A stretch of 64,000 bases of DNA from Malacoraja senta (GCA_038087875.1 JAXLNO010000446.1:124001-188000); one strand, 5' to 3'. Counted from the first letter of the stretch, positions 1-12,530 are shown. A program made the numbers and translations. The notes: generated by a model not told the origin, from the sequence alone.

Positions 1-524
1 TTTGGTAACTTTGGCTCAAGTGTTACACTTGTAAGGAGCTGGGTGTGCTCAGATAGTGAAGGCTCGTGGAATGAAGAGAATGCTTCTGAAAGCAACGTGG
101 AATAGATTTAGTAATCCCTCCGATCAGGTGGAAATCAGCGCCGGGCCTTTGCTGAACATTAACTTCACCTGTCGCCTTTATCCCGGCTATCTCGGCGACA
201 TAATCTACTTTCACGTGGGACTAAACGAGAGAGACTTTGGCTGAGGAGTCTAAGGGACTGTCACATCCTATGTTATCATCCGATATCCTCGATTATAGCG
301 TGAGATCCTTTATATACACAAGGATTGATAGATAAGACCAAAGTTTTACTGCCATAAAGTGGAGACTGGTCTAACAACCTCATGTGCTTCCACCACTTCT
401 AACAATCAGCTACAATCTCCCAGGTGATGTTGGAATTCACAAGCCCTGCGCCATTATCCAAACTCCATGTCGGAAGTCATCTCCACTCTCACCATCTTTT
501 TTCCTCCTATGAATTGGATTATGC

Positions 525-1790
525 AACGGGTGTCAGGGGTTATGGGGAGAAGGCAGGAGAATGGGGTTGGGAGGGAGAGATAGATCAGCCATGATTGAAT
601 GGCGGAGTAGACTCGATGGGCCGAATGGCCTCATTCTGCTCCTAGAACGTGTGAATGTGAACGTCAGACTGATTGGAGGAGGGTAGAAAGTTTGAGGGGA
701 GAGGTAGGGGCAGGACTGGAGGTCAGTGATTTGTGTTCTCTTGTGCCCATGTCCCTGGGCTCTGCTATCTCACACTGCACGATAGGGCTTTGTGGGTCGA
801 CATGCCCAGGATGGATCATCACTGAACCTCCACAACATCAGCAGAGATGTTCCCTGCTTTCCCTGTCCCCGCACAGACACTTTAAACTCAAACGCTCAGG
901 TGGGACTGGGATGCAGCTGCTGCGTGTAAAGATATATCTGTATAAAATCAGGAGAGGAATAGATCAGGTAAACGTACAGAGTCTCTTGCCCAGAGAAGGA
1001 GAATCGAGAACCAGAAGACAGAAGTTTCAGGTGAGGGGGGGGAAAAGATTTAATATGAACCTGAGGGGTAACTTTTTTACACAAAGGATGGTGGGTGTAT
1101 GGAACGAGCTGCCGGAAGAGATAGTTGAGGCAGGTAGTATCGTAATGTTTAAGAAACATATAGATACAGGCATATATGGGCCAAACGCAGGCAGGTGCGA
1201 CTATATGAAATGGATATTAAGAATATTTTCTTGAAGGACAGGTTAGGCTGCATTTGGAGTATTGCATGCAGTTCTGGTCACCCCCATTACAGGAAGGATG
1301 TGATGGCTCTAGGAGAGACTGCAGAGGAGATTTACCAGAATGATGCCTGGATTCGGGGGTTTCAGCTACAGGGGCAGGTTGGACAGACTTGGATTGTTTT
1401 CTCTGGAACCTCAGAGTTTGAGGGGACACTTGATTGGGAGGCAGACTGTAGATAGAGTAGACAGTCAGAACCTTTTTTCCAGGGTGGAGATGTCCAACAG
1501 CAGAGGGGATAGCTGTAATGTGAGAGGGGGAATGTTTAATGGAATATGCAATTCAAGTGTTTTACACAGAGGGTAGTGGAGGCTTGGAATGTGATGCCAG
1601 GGGTGGTGGTGGAGGCAGATACGATAGTGGTGTTTAAGAGGCTTTTAGATTGGCACATGGATATGTAGGGAATGGAGAGATATGGATCACGTACAGGCAG
1701 ATGAGATCAGTTTAACTTGGCACCATGTTTGATACAAATATTGTGGGCTGAAAGGCCCGTTCCTGCACGGTTCTGATCTATGTGCTATCA
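525..1790 (+). mobile_element. Cluster of old CR1/HER1-type LINE 3' fragments (about 525-660, 940-1205, 1230-1790)
   Basis: Translations resemble the CR1 ORF2 C-terminus (ESRTR..F..NLRGNFFTQRMVGVWNELP); CR1 tails with GGGCCGAATGGCC; many stops and frameshifts. Confidence 0.85.
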
Positions 1791-1858
1791 CAAACAAGGT
1801 CTGGTTAAGAGAACCAATAACCTCTACAGATGCACCATGGAAATCATACTGGTAGGTT

Positions 1859-2338
1859 ACATAGAAACATAGAAAATAGGTGCAGGAGTAGGCCATTCGG
1901 CCCTTCGAGCCTGCACCGCCATTCAATATGATCATGGCTGAACATCCAACTCAGTATCCTGTACCTGCTTTCTCTCCATACCCCCTGATCCCTTTAGCCA
2001 CAAGGGCCACATCTAACTCCCTCTTAAATATAGCCAATGAACTGGCCTCAACTACCTTCTATGGCAGAGAATTCCAGAGATTCACCACTCTCTGTGTGAA
2101 AAATGTTTTCCTCATCTCGGTCCTAAACGACTTCCCCCTTATCCTTAAACAGTGACCCCTTGTTCTGGACTTCCCCAACATCGGGAACAATCTTCCTGCA
2201 TCTAGCCTGTCCAACCCCTTAAGAATTTTGTACGTTTCTATAAGATCCCCCCTCAATCTTCTCAATTCTAGCGAGTACAAACCGAGTCTATCCCGTCTTT
2301 CTTCATATGAAAGTCTTGACATCCCAGGAATCAGTCTG
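1859..2338 (-). mobile_element. Young CR1 LINE 3' fragment
   Basis: ORF 2059-2322 (LSYEER..LGLYSLELRRLRGDLIETYK..FFTQRVVNLWNSLP) and (TTTCTATG)n tail; near-identical to copies at 16.4-17.2k, 35k, 36k, 50.9k and 58.8k. Confidence 0.95.
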
Positions 2339-2514
2339 ACTCCATCTACACTTCACGCTACATTTCTATCAGGTCTCCCCTCAGCCTCCGACTCTCTAGA
2401 CAAAACAATCCAACTGCCAAGAGTCAAGAGTGGTTAATTGTCATATGTACCAGGTCTCAAACAATGACTTTCTCACCTGCAGCAGCTTAACAAATAACTA
2501 TAAAATAATCAATT

Positions 2515-2714
2515 NNNNNNNNNNNNNNNNNNNNNNNNNNNNNNNNNNNNNNNNNNNNNNNNNNNNNNNNNNNNNNNNNNNNNNNNNNNNNNNNNNNNNN
2601 NNNNNNNNNNNNNNNNNNNNNNNNNNNNNNNNNNNNNNNNNNNNNNNNNNNNNNNNNNNNNNNNNNNNNNNNNNNNNNNNNNNNNNNNNNNNNNNNNNNN
2701 NNNNNNNNNNNNNN
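2515..2714. other. Assembly gap (200 N)
   Basis: Run of exactly 200 N, a typical scaffolding gap; contiguity across it is unverified. Confidence 0.99.
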
Positions 2715-3045
2715 ACATACAAGGAATTTGATTAAAGAGCAACAAGACACACAAATACATTTTTAACATGAACATCCACCACAGAAACTCCCCCACATTC
2801 CTCACTGTGATGGAAGGCAAAAAAAGTTCAAACTTCTTCCCTTCTTTGTTCTCCCGCGGTCGGGGCTCTCGAGCCTTCTGTTGACGGGACGATCTTGGCT
2901 CCCGCAGCCGGCGGTCGAGACCTCCGCATCGGGGCGATCAAGCTCCTTCATCGGGGGGATCTCAGCTCCCCCGCGCCAGACGACCGGACCCCGGCAACTT
3001 TGGCACTTCCCGACATCAGTCTCTACCCGAGACTGCGAGCTCCTC
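2715..3045 (-). mobile_element. GC-rich non-autonomous retroposon fragment
   Basis: Shares the AACATCC..CCACA..CACTGTG..GGAAGGCA motif and a CpG-rich body with the element at 45335-46375; no coding motif. Confidence 0.45.
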
Positions 3046-5350
3046 GATGTTGAAGGAAATCAAAAGGGCAAAAAGGGGCCAGGAGATAGCTCTGGCGGGT
3101 AGCAGTAAGGACAATCCCAAAAGATTTTATAAATACATAAGGGGGAAAAGGGTAACGAGAGAGAGAGTGGAACCTCTCAGGAATCAAAGCGGTCACCTCT
3201 GTGTGGAGCCACAGGAGATGGGCATGGGATCCAAGGAGAGATAGCTGAATGGATAGCAAATTGGCTTCATGGAAGGAAGCAGAGGCTGCTGGTGGAAGGG
3301 TGCTTCTTGGACTGGAGGCCTGTGACTAGTGGTGTGCCTCACAGTTTGGTGCTGGGCCCGTTATTGTTTGTCATCTACATCAATGATTTGGATGAGAACA
3401 TACAGAGCAAGATTAGCAAATTTGCTGGTGATACAAAAGTGAGTGGTTTTGCAGATAGTGAAGATGGTTGTGAACGATTGCAGCAGGATCTGGATCGATT
3501 GGCCAGGTGGGCGGAGGAATGGTTAATACAGAGAAGTGTGAGGTGTTGCATTTTGGGAAGTCTAACAAGGGCAGGACATACACAGTGAATGGTCGGCCTC
3601 TTGGTAGTGTTGTAGAGCAGAGGGATCAAGGAGTACAGGTGCATGGTTCCTTGAAGGTGGTCACAGTTAGATCGGGTGGTCAAAAAGTCTTTTGGCACAT
3701 TGGTCTTCATCAGCCAGAGTATTGAATATAGATGCTGCAAGGTCATGTTACAGTTGTATAAAATGTTGGTGAGGCCACATCTAGACTATTGTTTAAGTAA
3801 GAACTGCAGATGCTGGAAAATTCGAAGGTAGACAAAAATGCTGAAGAAACGCAGTGGGTGAGGCAGAATCTATGGATTTAGAGTATTGTGTTCAGTTCTT
3901 GGCACCATGTTATAGGAAAGATGTTGTCAAGCTGGAAATGGCACAGAGAGGATTTACGAGGACGTTGCCAGGCCTAGATGGTGTGAGCTATAGGGAGAGG
4001 TTGAGTAGGCTGGGACTCTATTTCTTGGAGTGCAGTAGGATGAGGGGTGATCTTATAGACGTGTATAAGATCATGAGAGGAATAGATTGGGTAGATGCAC
4101 AGAGTCTCTTGCCCAGAGTAGGGGAATGAAGGACCAGAGGACATAGGTTTAAGGTGAAGGGGAAAAGATTTAATAGGAATCTGAGGGGTAACTTTTTCAC
4201 ACAAAGGGTGGGTGTATGGAACAAGCTGCCAGAGGAGGTAGTTGAGGCTGGGACTATCCCAACATTTAAGAAACAGTTAGACAGGTACATGGATAGGACA
4301 GGTTTGGGGGGACATGGACCAAATGCTGGCAGATGGGACTAGTAAAGCTGGGACATTGTTGGCCGATGTGGGAAAGTTGGGCCTCAGAACCTGTTACCAC
4401 ACTGTATCACTCTATGACTCAAAGATAGTCTGAGGATCTCCAATGAGGTTGGTAGTAGTTCAGGACACAAATTGCTGGAGAGTCTAGGACTAGAGGTCAT
4501 AGCCTCAGAATTAAAGGAAGTTCTTTCAGGAAGGAGTTGAGGAGAAATGTTTTTAGTCATAGGGTGGTGAATCTGTGGAATTCTTTGCCACAGAAGGCTG
4601 TGGAGGCCAAGTCAATGGATATTTTTAAGGCAGAGATAGATAGATTCTTGAATTAGTACGGGTGTCAGAGGTTATGGGGAGAAGGCAGGAGAATGGGACT
4701 AGGAGGGAGAGATAGATCAGCCACGTAGACTTGATGGGTCGAATGGCCTCATTCTACTCATATCACTTATGACCTTGTTACAATTGTACGAGACATTGGT
4801 GAGGCCACAAGAGAGGAATTTGTTCAGTGTTGATCACTCTGCTGCAGCAAAGATGCCATTAAGTTCGAAAGAGTAGACTAACGAGGATGTTGCCAGGATT
4901 TGACGGTTTGAGCTATAGGGAAAGGTTGGGCAAGCTAGGACTTTTTTCCTTGGAGCACAGGAGGATGCGAGGTGATCTTATAGAGGAGTATAAAATCATG
5001 AGGGGAATAGATAGGGTGAATGCACAGTATTTTACCCAAGGTAGGTGAATTAAAAACTAGAAGGCATAGATTTGAGGTGAGTGAGGAAAGATTTATTAGG
5101 AACCTGAGGGGCAACATATTTCACACAAAGGAGGGTGGGTGTATGGAATGAGCTGCCAGAGGAGGTAGTTGAGGCAGGTAGTATTGCAATGTTTAAGGAA
5201 CATTTAGACAGGTACATGGATCAAAAAGGTTTAGAGGGTTATGCCAAACATGGGCAGGTGGGACTAGAGTAGATGGGGCATCTTGGTTGGCATGGAGGAG
5301 TTAGGTTTGAATGGCCTGTTTCCATGATGTATGACTGTGACTTTATGACC
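3046..5350 (+). mobile_element. Three consecutive CR1 LINE fragments (about 3046-4420 internally deleted RT; 4470-4775; 4775-5350)
   Basis: RT motifs VTSGVP..VLGPLLF..INDLD..KFAGDTK; CR1 C-terminus and tails; a short Penelope-like end is inserted at about 3795-3870. Confidence 0.9.
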
Positions 5351-5636
5351 TAAATCACACTCTTAGTTGTAATAAGAAATAAGCCACTCTCATTCCTCTT
5401 GGATACACTTGTCCATCAATTCTGAGGCTTCACTGATTGATATTAGCTTGCTTGAGATAAATCTGAATAAATGTTGAAATTGATGATAGTTATCAAGAAT
5501 TTTTGTGGGAAATATCTGTTTTGCCGTAATGTTCAAAGGTTTTAATCCTTACCAAGAGTGTTACTCTGCTGCACTTTGTCTTCAGAATCAGCGGTCTATT
5601 GAATGTCTTCAATGTGCTGGAGAAACTCAGCACTTT

Positions 5637-6990
5637 GCTGGAGTCAATTATAAAAGATGAAATAGCGGCACATTTGGATAGCAGTAACAGGGTCAGTCCG
5701 AGTCAGCATGGATTTACGAAGGGGAAATCATGCTTGAATAATCTTCTGGAATTTTTTGAAGATGTAACTAGGAAAATGGACAAGGGAGAGCCAGTGGATG
5801 TAGTGTACCTGGACTTTCAGAAAGCATTTGATAATGTCCCACATAGGAGATTAGTGGGCAAAATTAGGGCACATAGTATTGGGGGTAGAGTGCTGACAGA
5901 GATAGAGAATTGGTTGGCAGACAGGAAACAAAGAGTAGGGATTAACGGGTCCCTTTCAGAATGGCAGGCAGTGACTAGTGGGGTACCGCAAGGGTCGGTG
6001 CTGGGACCGCAGCTATTTACAATATACATCAATGATTTGGATGAAGGGATTCAAAGTAACATTAGCAAATTTGCAGATGACGCAAAGCTGGGTAGCAGTG
6101 TGAACTGTGAGGAGGACGCTATGAGAATGCAGAGTGACTTGGACAGGTTGGGGGAGTGGGCAGATGCATGGCAGATGAAGTTTAATGCGGATAAATGTGA
6201 GGTTATCCACTTTGGTAGCAAAAAGAGGAAGGCAGATTACTATCTAAATGCCGTCAAGTTGGGAAAAGGGGAAGTACAACGGGTTCTGGGGGTCCTTGTT
6301 CATCAGTCTATGAAGGTAAGCATGCAGGTACAGCAGGCAGTGAAGAAAGCGAATGGCATGTTGGCCTTTATAACAAGAGGAATCGAATATAGGAGCAAAG
6401 AGGTCCTTCTGCAGTTGTACAGAGCCCTAGTGAGACCACACCTGGAGTATTGTGTGCCGTTTTGGTCCCCTAATTTGTGGAAGGACATTCTTGCTATTGG
6501 GGGAGTGCAGCGTAGGTTTACAAGGTTAATTCCCGGGATGGCGGGACTGTCATATACTGAAAGACTGGAGCGGCTGGGCTTGAATACTCTGGAGTTTAGA
6601 AGGATGAGAGGGCATCTCATTGAAACATATAAGATTGTTAAGGGTTTGGACACGCTAGAGGCAGGAAACATGTTCCCGATGTTGGGGGAGTCCAGAACCA
6701 GGGGCCACAGTTTAAGAATAAGGAGTAAGCCATTTAGAACGGAGACGAGGAAACACTTTTTCTCACAGACAGTTGTGAGTCTGTGGAATTCTCTGCCTCA
6801 GAGGGCGGTGGACGCAGGTTCTCTGGATGTTTTCAAGAGAGAGCTAGATAGGGCTCTTAAAAATAGCGGGATATGGGGAGAAGGCAGGAATGGGGGTACT
6901 GATTGGGGATGATCAGCCATGATCACATTGAATGGCGGTGCGGGCTCGAAGGGCCGAATGGCCTACTCCTGCACCTATTGTCTATTTATT
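5637..6990 (+). pseudogene. 5'-truncated CR1 LINE ORF2 (reverse transcriptase) plus 3' UTR
   Basis: ORF 5599-6912 contains [30 protein letters not shown] and KFADD. The first about 12 residues are read-in from the flank. Confidence 0.95.
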
Positions 6991-7235
6991 GAGAAAGAAA
7001 ATTTGTTCTGCCAAAGATAATGTCCAAACATTTTAAATGATTACTGGTGAAAATTATTCTGTTAAGTGGTATTTCATTGCATTCTTTTATTTATTTACAT
7101 TTGAACATTAGGAATAGAAAGTAAACTATTCTGTAACAGATATAATAAATGGCCATCTGAGCTGATTGGCCTGAGAGTGAGCTTTCATTGTTGGCTCAGA
7201 GGGGGTTTGCCTCTCAGCAACAGCTTGCCTTTGGA

Positions 7236-7898
7236 GAGTGGGAACAGCTCCGCCCAAGACCGCAAGAAATTGCAGCGTTGTGGATGTATCCCAGTCCATC
7301 ACACAGACCACACCCCCCACCATCGACTCCATCTATACTTGAGAAAAGCAGCCAACATAATCAAAGAATTGTCCCACCCCGGTCATTCCTTCTTCTCCCT
7401 GCTCCCGTCCGGCAGAAGGTTCAGAAGCTTGAAAGCGCACACCTCCAGACTCAGGAACAGCTTCTTCCCCTCTGTTATCATGCTTCTGAACTGCCCTTCC
7501 ATAAGCTAGGGTACTGTCCGATTCACCTCTACCCCATTGCGGACATTGGACTTTGTCTCTGGAACTAATGCCCTACAATGCTGAGAACTAGTTTAGCTTA
7601 CCATTGTCAAGTATACCAAGGTACAGTAAAAAGTTTTTTTTGTTGCATGCTATCCAGTCAAAGAAAATACAAAAGAAGATTACAATGAAGCTGCCCACTG
7701 TGTGCAGGTAAAGGATTACGGGTACAACATTTAGTGCAAGATAAAGTCTGATTTAAGATAGTTCAAAGGACTCCAGTGAGGTAGGGAGTTCAGGACCACT
7801 CTCTAGCTGGTGAGAGGACGGTTCAGTTGCCTGATAACAGTTGTCTGATAATTATATTCTGCACTCTGTATTTCCTCTTTGCTCTAGCTATTAACCTT
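7236..7898 (+). mobile_element. Rex1/Babar-like LINE 3' end with a nested opposite-strand tail
   Basis: RKAANIIKELSHPGHSFFSLLPSGRRFRSLKAHTSRLRNSFFP matches the C-terminus of the Rex1-like ORF at 33239-33541. Confidence 0.8.
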
Positions 7899-8406
7899 TT
7901 TTTTTTTTTTTTATTTTTATTTTTTTCTTGCTTTTTATTTTTTTTTAAATTTTTATTTATTAGAAGTACATTACATCACAGCCACATACATTAATACTCG
8001 TCATTTATATCTTCTTACAATTAATGTACTCCCTTTATTTTTTTTTTTTTTTACGCTAAAGAAAGAAAAGATTGAAAGAGAGAAGAAAGTGAAGGAAAAA
8101 GTGCAAGTGTAGAAAAGTGTAGAAAATGTAACAACAGAAAAAAAAAAAAGGACGAGGACCCTATGAAAGCGAAATTAAAAACAAAAAAAAAAAGAGTTAA
8201 GAAATAGGCCCTAAGAAAAGAAAAGAGAGAGAGAAAAAAAGAAAAACAAATGTTTTTTTTTTTTTTTGAGCATCACGTAAATAGGACATACCAACTCTTC
8301 AACTATCATCCCCCCTTACCCGACCTCAATTTTTTATTTTTTTTAAAGTACTTTTGCACCCTATGTTTGTAATAATTCTATAAATGCAGACCACGTCAGG
8401 TGGAAA
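7899..8406 (-). mobile_element. 5'-truncated L1 (3' UTR plus poly-A) with a perfect 14-bp TSD
   Basis: TAGCTATTAACCTT at 7885-7898 and 8407-8420; poly(T) tract; body matches the L1 3' UTR at 54900-55365. Confidence 0.93.
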
Positions 8407-8936
8407 TAGCTATTAACCTTGAGTACAATACTTATACTTCAAAACGCCACCTATCCATTTTCACCTGAGATTATGCCTGACCCACTGATTTACTCCAGCA
8501 CTTTGTGTCTTTTGTAAACCATCATCTGCAGTTCCTTGTTTCTAAAAGATTGAAAAGGCTAGGCTTGTATTCACTGGAGTTTAGAAGGATGAGGGGGATC
8601 ATCCTATAGAAACATATAAAATTACAAGACTAAGTGGGACCCGTTGGGTCCCAGCATCACACGGGAGAGCTGATCACCCAACGCAATATTCCACCTCTCT
8701 ACCAATTCCAATATTGCTGGCCAGTGGGGGGGGGGGGGGTGCTTTCTGTTGCGCTAGTATGGATGTTGTGGACCGAGACTGGTTTCCAGATGGCTAGTAT
8801 GGACATTGTGGGCCGAATGGATTCTTGGGCTGGCAGCTCAGTCACTGAGGCCAGGCAGTACAGTCTCTCAGACCTGGCAGGCTGGCAGCTGAGAAACTGC
8901 CAGAAATTCTGCCCAAGACAGGTGACATTTTTCACA

Positions 8937-9188
8937 GAGAAAAACATTTTCCACACAGAGAGTGGTGAATCTCTGGAACTCTCTGCCACAGAAGGTACTT
9001 GAGGCCAGTTCATTGGCTATATTTAAGAGGGAGTTAGATGTGGCCCTTGTGGCTAAAGGGATCAGGGGGTATGGAGAGAAGGCAGGTACAGGATACTGAG
9101 TTGGATGATCAGCCATGATCATATTGAATGGCGGTGCAGGCTCGAAGGGCTGAATGGCCTACTGCACCTATTTTCTATGTTTCTATGA
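8937..9188 (+). mobile_element. CR1 3' fragment nested in the Helitron
   Basis: Matches the young CR1 3' end and (TTTCTATG) tail. Confidence 0.92.
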
Positions 9189-9231
9189 CACTGTGAGAGA
9201 GAAGGGGGAGAGGGTGGACTGAATGGATTAT

Positions 9232-9481
9232 TGGGCTGGCAGTTTAGTCACTTATGGCTGGTGGGCTGGCAGTTCATTTACTCATGGCTGGTGGGCTGGC
9301 AGTTCACTTGTCATGGCTGGTGGGCTGGCAGTGCAGTCACTCACGGCGGGTGGGCTGGCAGTTCAGTCACTGACAGCTGGTGGGCTGGCAGTTCACTTAC
9401 TCACGGCTGGTGGGCTGGCAGTGCAGTCACTCATGGCTGGTGGGCTGGCAGTTCAGTCACTCACAGCTGGTGGGCTGGCAG
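9232..9481. repeat. About 30-bp minisatellite (GGTGGGCTGGCAGTTCAGTCACTCATGGCT)n, about 8 copies
   Basis: Direct tandem periodicity, also visible as a 10-aa periodic translation (TAGGLAVQSL). Confidence 0.95.
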
Positions 9482-9839
9482 TATCCTTTAAAAAAATCAC
9501 AAACCGTACGTGGCATAATTGTTAGCTGTTAATTGGACAATCAACCTCAGCAAATTGGCAATATCTTTGAAAGGGAGTGGGTGTTTAAGCTGTCAGGACA
9601 TTTTATTATTTGCCAAAATATACATCTCAATAGCATAATGATAGGAAACATACTTTTCCACACACCAGTCGTAAGTCTGGAGATTTTTTTAATTATAAAT
9701 TTAGTTCCGGACGCGTTTTCTTTTTGCATGTAAAAACCCACTTCAGAACCATGGGCGATTTTAAAATGTTACAGCCAGATTTATCACTTCTGAAACTTTT
9801 TAGATATCAAAGGAATCAAGAAAAAACACGATTAATGCC

Positions 9840-10058
9840 TTACTGTTGATGAAATAGTGAGCAAACGCGATAATTCCCAATATTTTCAATCTCGATATCT
9901 GCACGGCCAATGTTCGCCAAGCACTTTAGCTGTTGTCCCTTCAGCTCTTGCTTCTCTTTACCTTCATTTCTCTTCACCTTTGGAATTCTGAAGTAGGATA
10001 GATGTCTCTCACGGTTACCCCGACTTCCACAATTATTTACAGCGCATAAATTCACCAT
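9840..10058 (-). pseudogene. Degenerate THAP zinc-finger domain (probable first exon of a DNA-transposon-derived gene) inside the Helitron
   Basis: MVNLCAVNNC..SYFRIP..(W>C)LANIGR..RVCS fits the THAP C2CH pattern. CSxHF is broken by a small indel and followed by a GTAAG donor; the ATG context is GCCAAAATGG. Confidence 0.8.
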
Positions 10059-10195
10059 TTTGGCATTTTTTAACAGGTAGGAAAGTACGCGTTTTGTGTA
10101 TTAACAACATATACCGGATGCGATGTCCTCCAGATGGATTGAGCAGTTCCGTTCGTCAAGCCCTTTCACCCGGAGATCTTACGTGCAACCCCCTA

Positions 10196-10307
10196 TACAT
10201 ACACACACAGACTCACTCACACAGACACACACGCACAGACTCACTCACACAGACACACACACACAGACTCACTCACACAGACTCACTCACACAGACACAC
10301 ACACACA

Positions 10308-10344
<37 letters not shown>

Positions 10345-10380
10345 ACACAGGCTCACACACACACACAGACTCACTCACAG

Positions 10381-10446
<66 letters not shown>

Positions 10447-10485
10447 ACACAGACTCACTCACACACGCAGACTCACTCACACACA
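10196..10485. repeat. Compound (CA)n microsatellite
   Basis: (CA)n interrupted by GA and CT units. Confidence 0.98.
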
Positions 10486-10691
10486 ACCAATAGTAAAATG
10501 CCAAGTAACTTCAGAATGTGATGAACATACTGTGTGTAAACCGAATGATTCAAACGTTTAAAGCCTCCTGTCGAGGCTGCTGCTGAAGCAAAAACGTGCT
10601 TTAAATAACGTCCAACACACACTCACCATAGACAGAGCAGTAAGCTCTCTTGAATTATTCAACGACGTCTTCACTCTGTGCCTTCTGCAGT

Positions 10692-10787
10692 CAGCGCCAT
10701 CTTGCCATGAACCGGAAATGACGCACTCAGCGCCATCTTGCCACTAACCGGAAATGACGTCATTGGCGCCATCTTGGCACTAAGCGG
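10692..10787. promoter_or_regulatory. About 36-bp tandem triplet carrying YY1 (CGCCATCTT), ETS (ACCGGAAAT) and CRE (TGACG/TGACGTCA) motifs
   Basis: Three CGCCATCTTG, two ACCGGAAATGACG and one full TGACGTCA are present; function is untested. Confidence 0.45.
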
Positions 10788-10867
10788 GTCACGGAATGAG
10801 CGGCAATTTTGCAATTAAACACAGTCCTGATCTAATAAAATTATTCCCGCTTTGTTCATCCGAAAAC

Positions 10868-11128
10868 TTCTGAAAGCCCTTTAAAAGCCAAGCCAATTGG
10901 GCAAACACTTTGCAAGCCAACAAACACGTTTTCTGGAAGCCCTTTAAAAGCCAAGCCAATTGGGCAAACACTTTGCAAGCCAACAAACACGTTTTCTGAA
11001 AGCCCTTTAAAAGCCAAGCCAATTGGGCAAACAGTTTGCAAGCCAACAAACACGTTTTCTGAAAGCCCTTTAAAAGCCAAGCCAATTGGGCAAACACTTT
11101 GCAAGCCAACAAACACATTTACTGAAAA
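10868..11128. repeat. 63-bp tandem repeat, about 4 near-identical copies
   Basis: Units start at 10868, 10931, 10994 and 11057; 21-aa periodic ORFs. Confidence 0.97.
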
Positions 11129-12368
11129 CCACATCGAGGGGACTCACCGTGGAGTAGACGTGCGTTCAGTGTTCTTCGCAGCTCAGAGAGCAGTGACCCT
11201 CTCGCTTCCTCTGTCTCGCAGAGACTGAGTGTGGCACGACACTTCCGGGTTTTATAGTCCCTCCCCCCTGCCGCCAGTGGGAGCAGCAGAGAGAATGGTG
11301 ACATTTTTTAAAACAGTAATAACTCTCTGATTTTTCATCGATGGGAAAAATCCTCTGGTCCAGTCTGGCGGAGGGGGACTCTGAGCGAGGTGGCCAAACA
11401 TGACGGCCGTAAGTGGCGGCGTTCTCTCGGAAATCACGAAACAGAAAGTCGAAAGCGGTGAAGATTTTAGTTTTAATAATATAGATAAAAGGAATGGACA
11501 AGCTAGATGCAGGAAAATGTTTCCCAATGTTGAGCGAGTCCAGAACCAGGGGCCACAGTCTTAGAATAAAGGGGAGGCCATTTAAGACTGAGGTGAGTAC
11601 AAACTTTTTCACCCAGAGAGTTGTGAATTTGTGGAATTCCCTGCCACAGAGGGCAGTGGAGGCCAAATCACTGGATGGATTCAAGAGAGAGTTAGATACA
11701 ACTCTAGGGGGCTATTGGAATCAAGGGATATGGGGAGAAGGCAGGCACGGGTTATTGATTGGGGACGATCAGCCATGATCACAATGAATGGCGGTGCTGG
11801 CTCGAAGGGCCGAATGGCCTCCTCCTGCACCTATTTTCTATGTTTCTTTGTTTCCATGTTTCTATACTTTACTTCTCCACTGCAAAATCTCCTCTAGGTG
11901 TGCCTACTTTGTAGAAGTACATGAGTTTGAATTAATTGTATTTATGTTTTGTATATATGATCTGATTGGATATCATGCAAATCAAAGCTTTTCACCGTAC
12001 CCACGTTCACAAGTTATAGGAGCAGAATTAGGCCATTCAGCCCATCGAGTCTACTCCGCCATTCAATCATGGATGATCTCTGCCTCCTAATCGCATTTTC
12101 CTGCCTTCTCCCCATAACCCTCGACACCCGTTCTAATCAAGAATCTGTCTATATCTGCCATAAAAATATCCACTGACTCGGCCTCCACAGCCCTCTGACA
12201 CATGACAACAATAAACCTAAACCTATATGTGATTTGTCATGATAGTGTGAGTCAAGGCTTGATGGAGCAGCTGGGCTTTTCCTCTTTTCTCTCAGACAGC
12301 ATCTTTAAGTCTCATGGGTAGTTCGGGAAGATTTATACCATTCCCCAAGTGGTAAAACTGCGTCCTGC

Positions 12369-12530
12369 AGTCTGAAGAAGGATCCCAACCCACAAAGTTC
12401 ACCCAACCTTTTTCTCCAGAGATGCAGCCTGACCCATTGAGTTAATCCAGCACTCTGTGAAATGTCACCTATCCATGTTCTCCACAGATGCTGCCTGACC
12501 CACTGAGTTACTCCAGCACTTTGTGTCTAT
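12369..12530 (+). repeat. Penelope-like terminal repeat with a degenerate hammerhead core and about two 66-bp units
   Basis: AGTCTGAAGAAG... followed by AGATGCTGCCTGACCCxCTGAGTTACTCCAGCAC units. Confidence 0.65.

Larger units (their letters stand above)
8625..11485 (-). mobile_element. Non-autonomous Helitron (2861 bp including a nested CR1 piece)
   Basis: Minus strand starts 5'-TCTATATT and ends CTTG (a CTAG variant). An 8-bp hairpin TGGGACCC-gtt-GGGTCCCA (8635-8653) lies about 10 nt from the 3' end. Inserted between A8624 and T11486 with no TSD. Confidence 0.88.
8547..11860 (+). mobile_element. CR1 3' fragment split by a Helitron (pieces 8547-8624 and 11486-11860)
   Basis: ...AAACATATAAAATTA | TAAAAGGAATGGACAAGCTAGATGCAGG rejoins to the contiguous CR1 sequence seen in reverse at about 48250-48290. 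Confidence 0.92.

Noticed and set aside
2430..2820. ORFs spanning poly-X
   Set aside because: Artefact of the N gap.
5599..6912. Intact 437-aa RT gene or host-LINE fusion
   Set aside because: It is a 5'-truncated CR1 with a non-ATG start read in from the flank and a frameshifted C-terminus.
10094..10561. His/Thr-rich and Val/Cys-rich ORFs
   Set aside because: They are translations of the (CA)n microsatellite.
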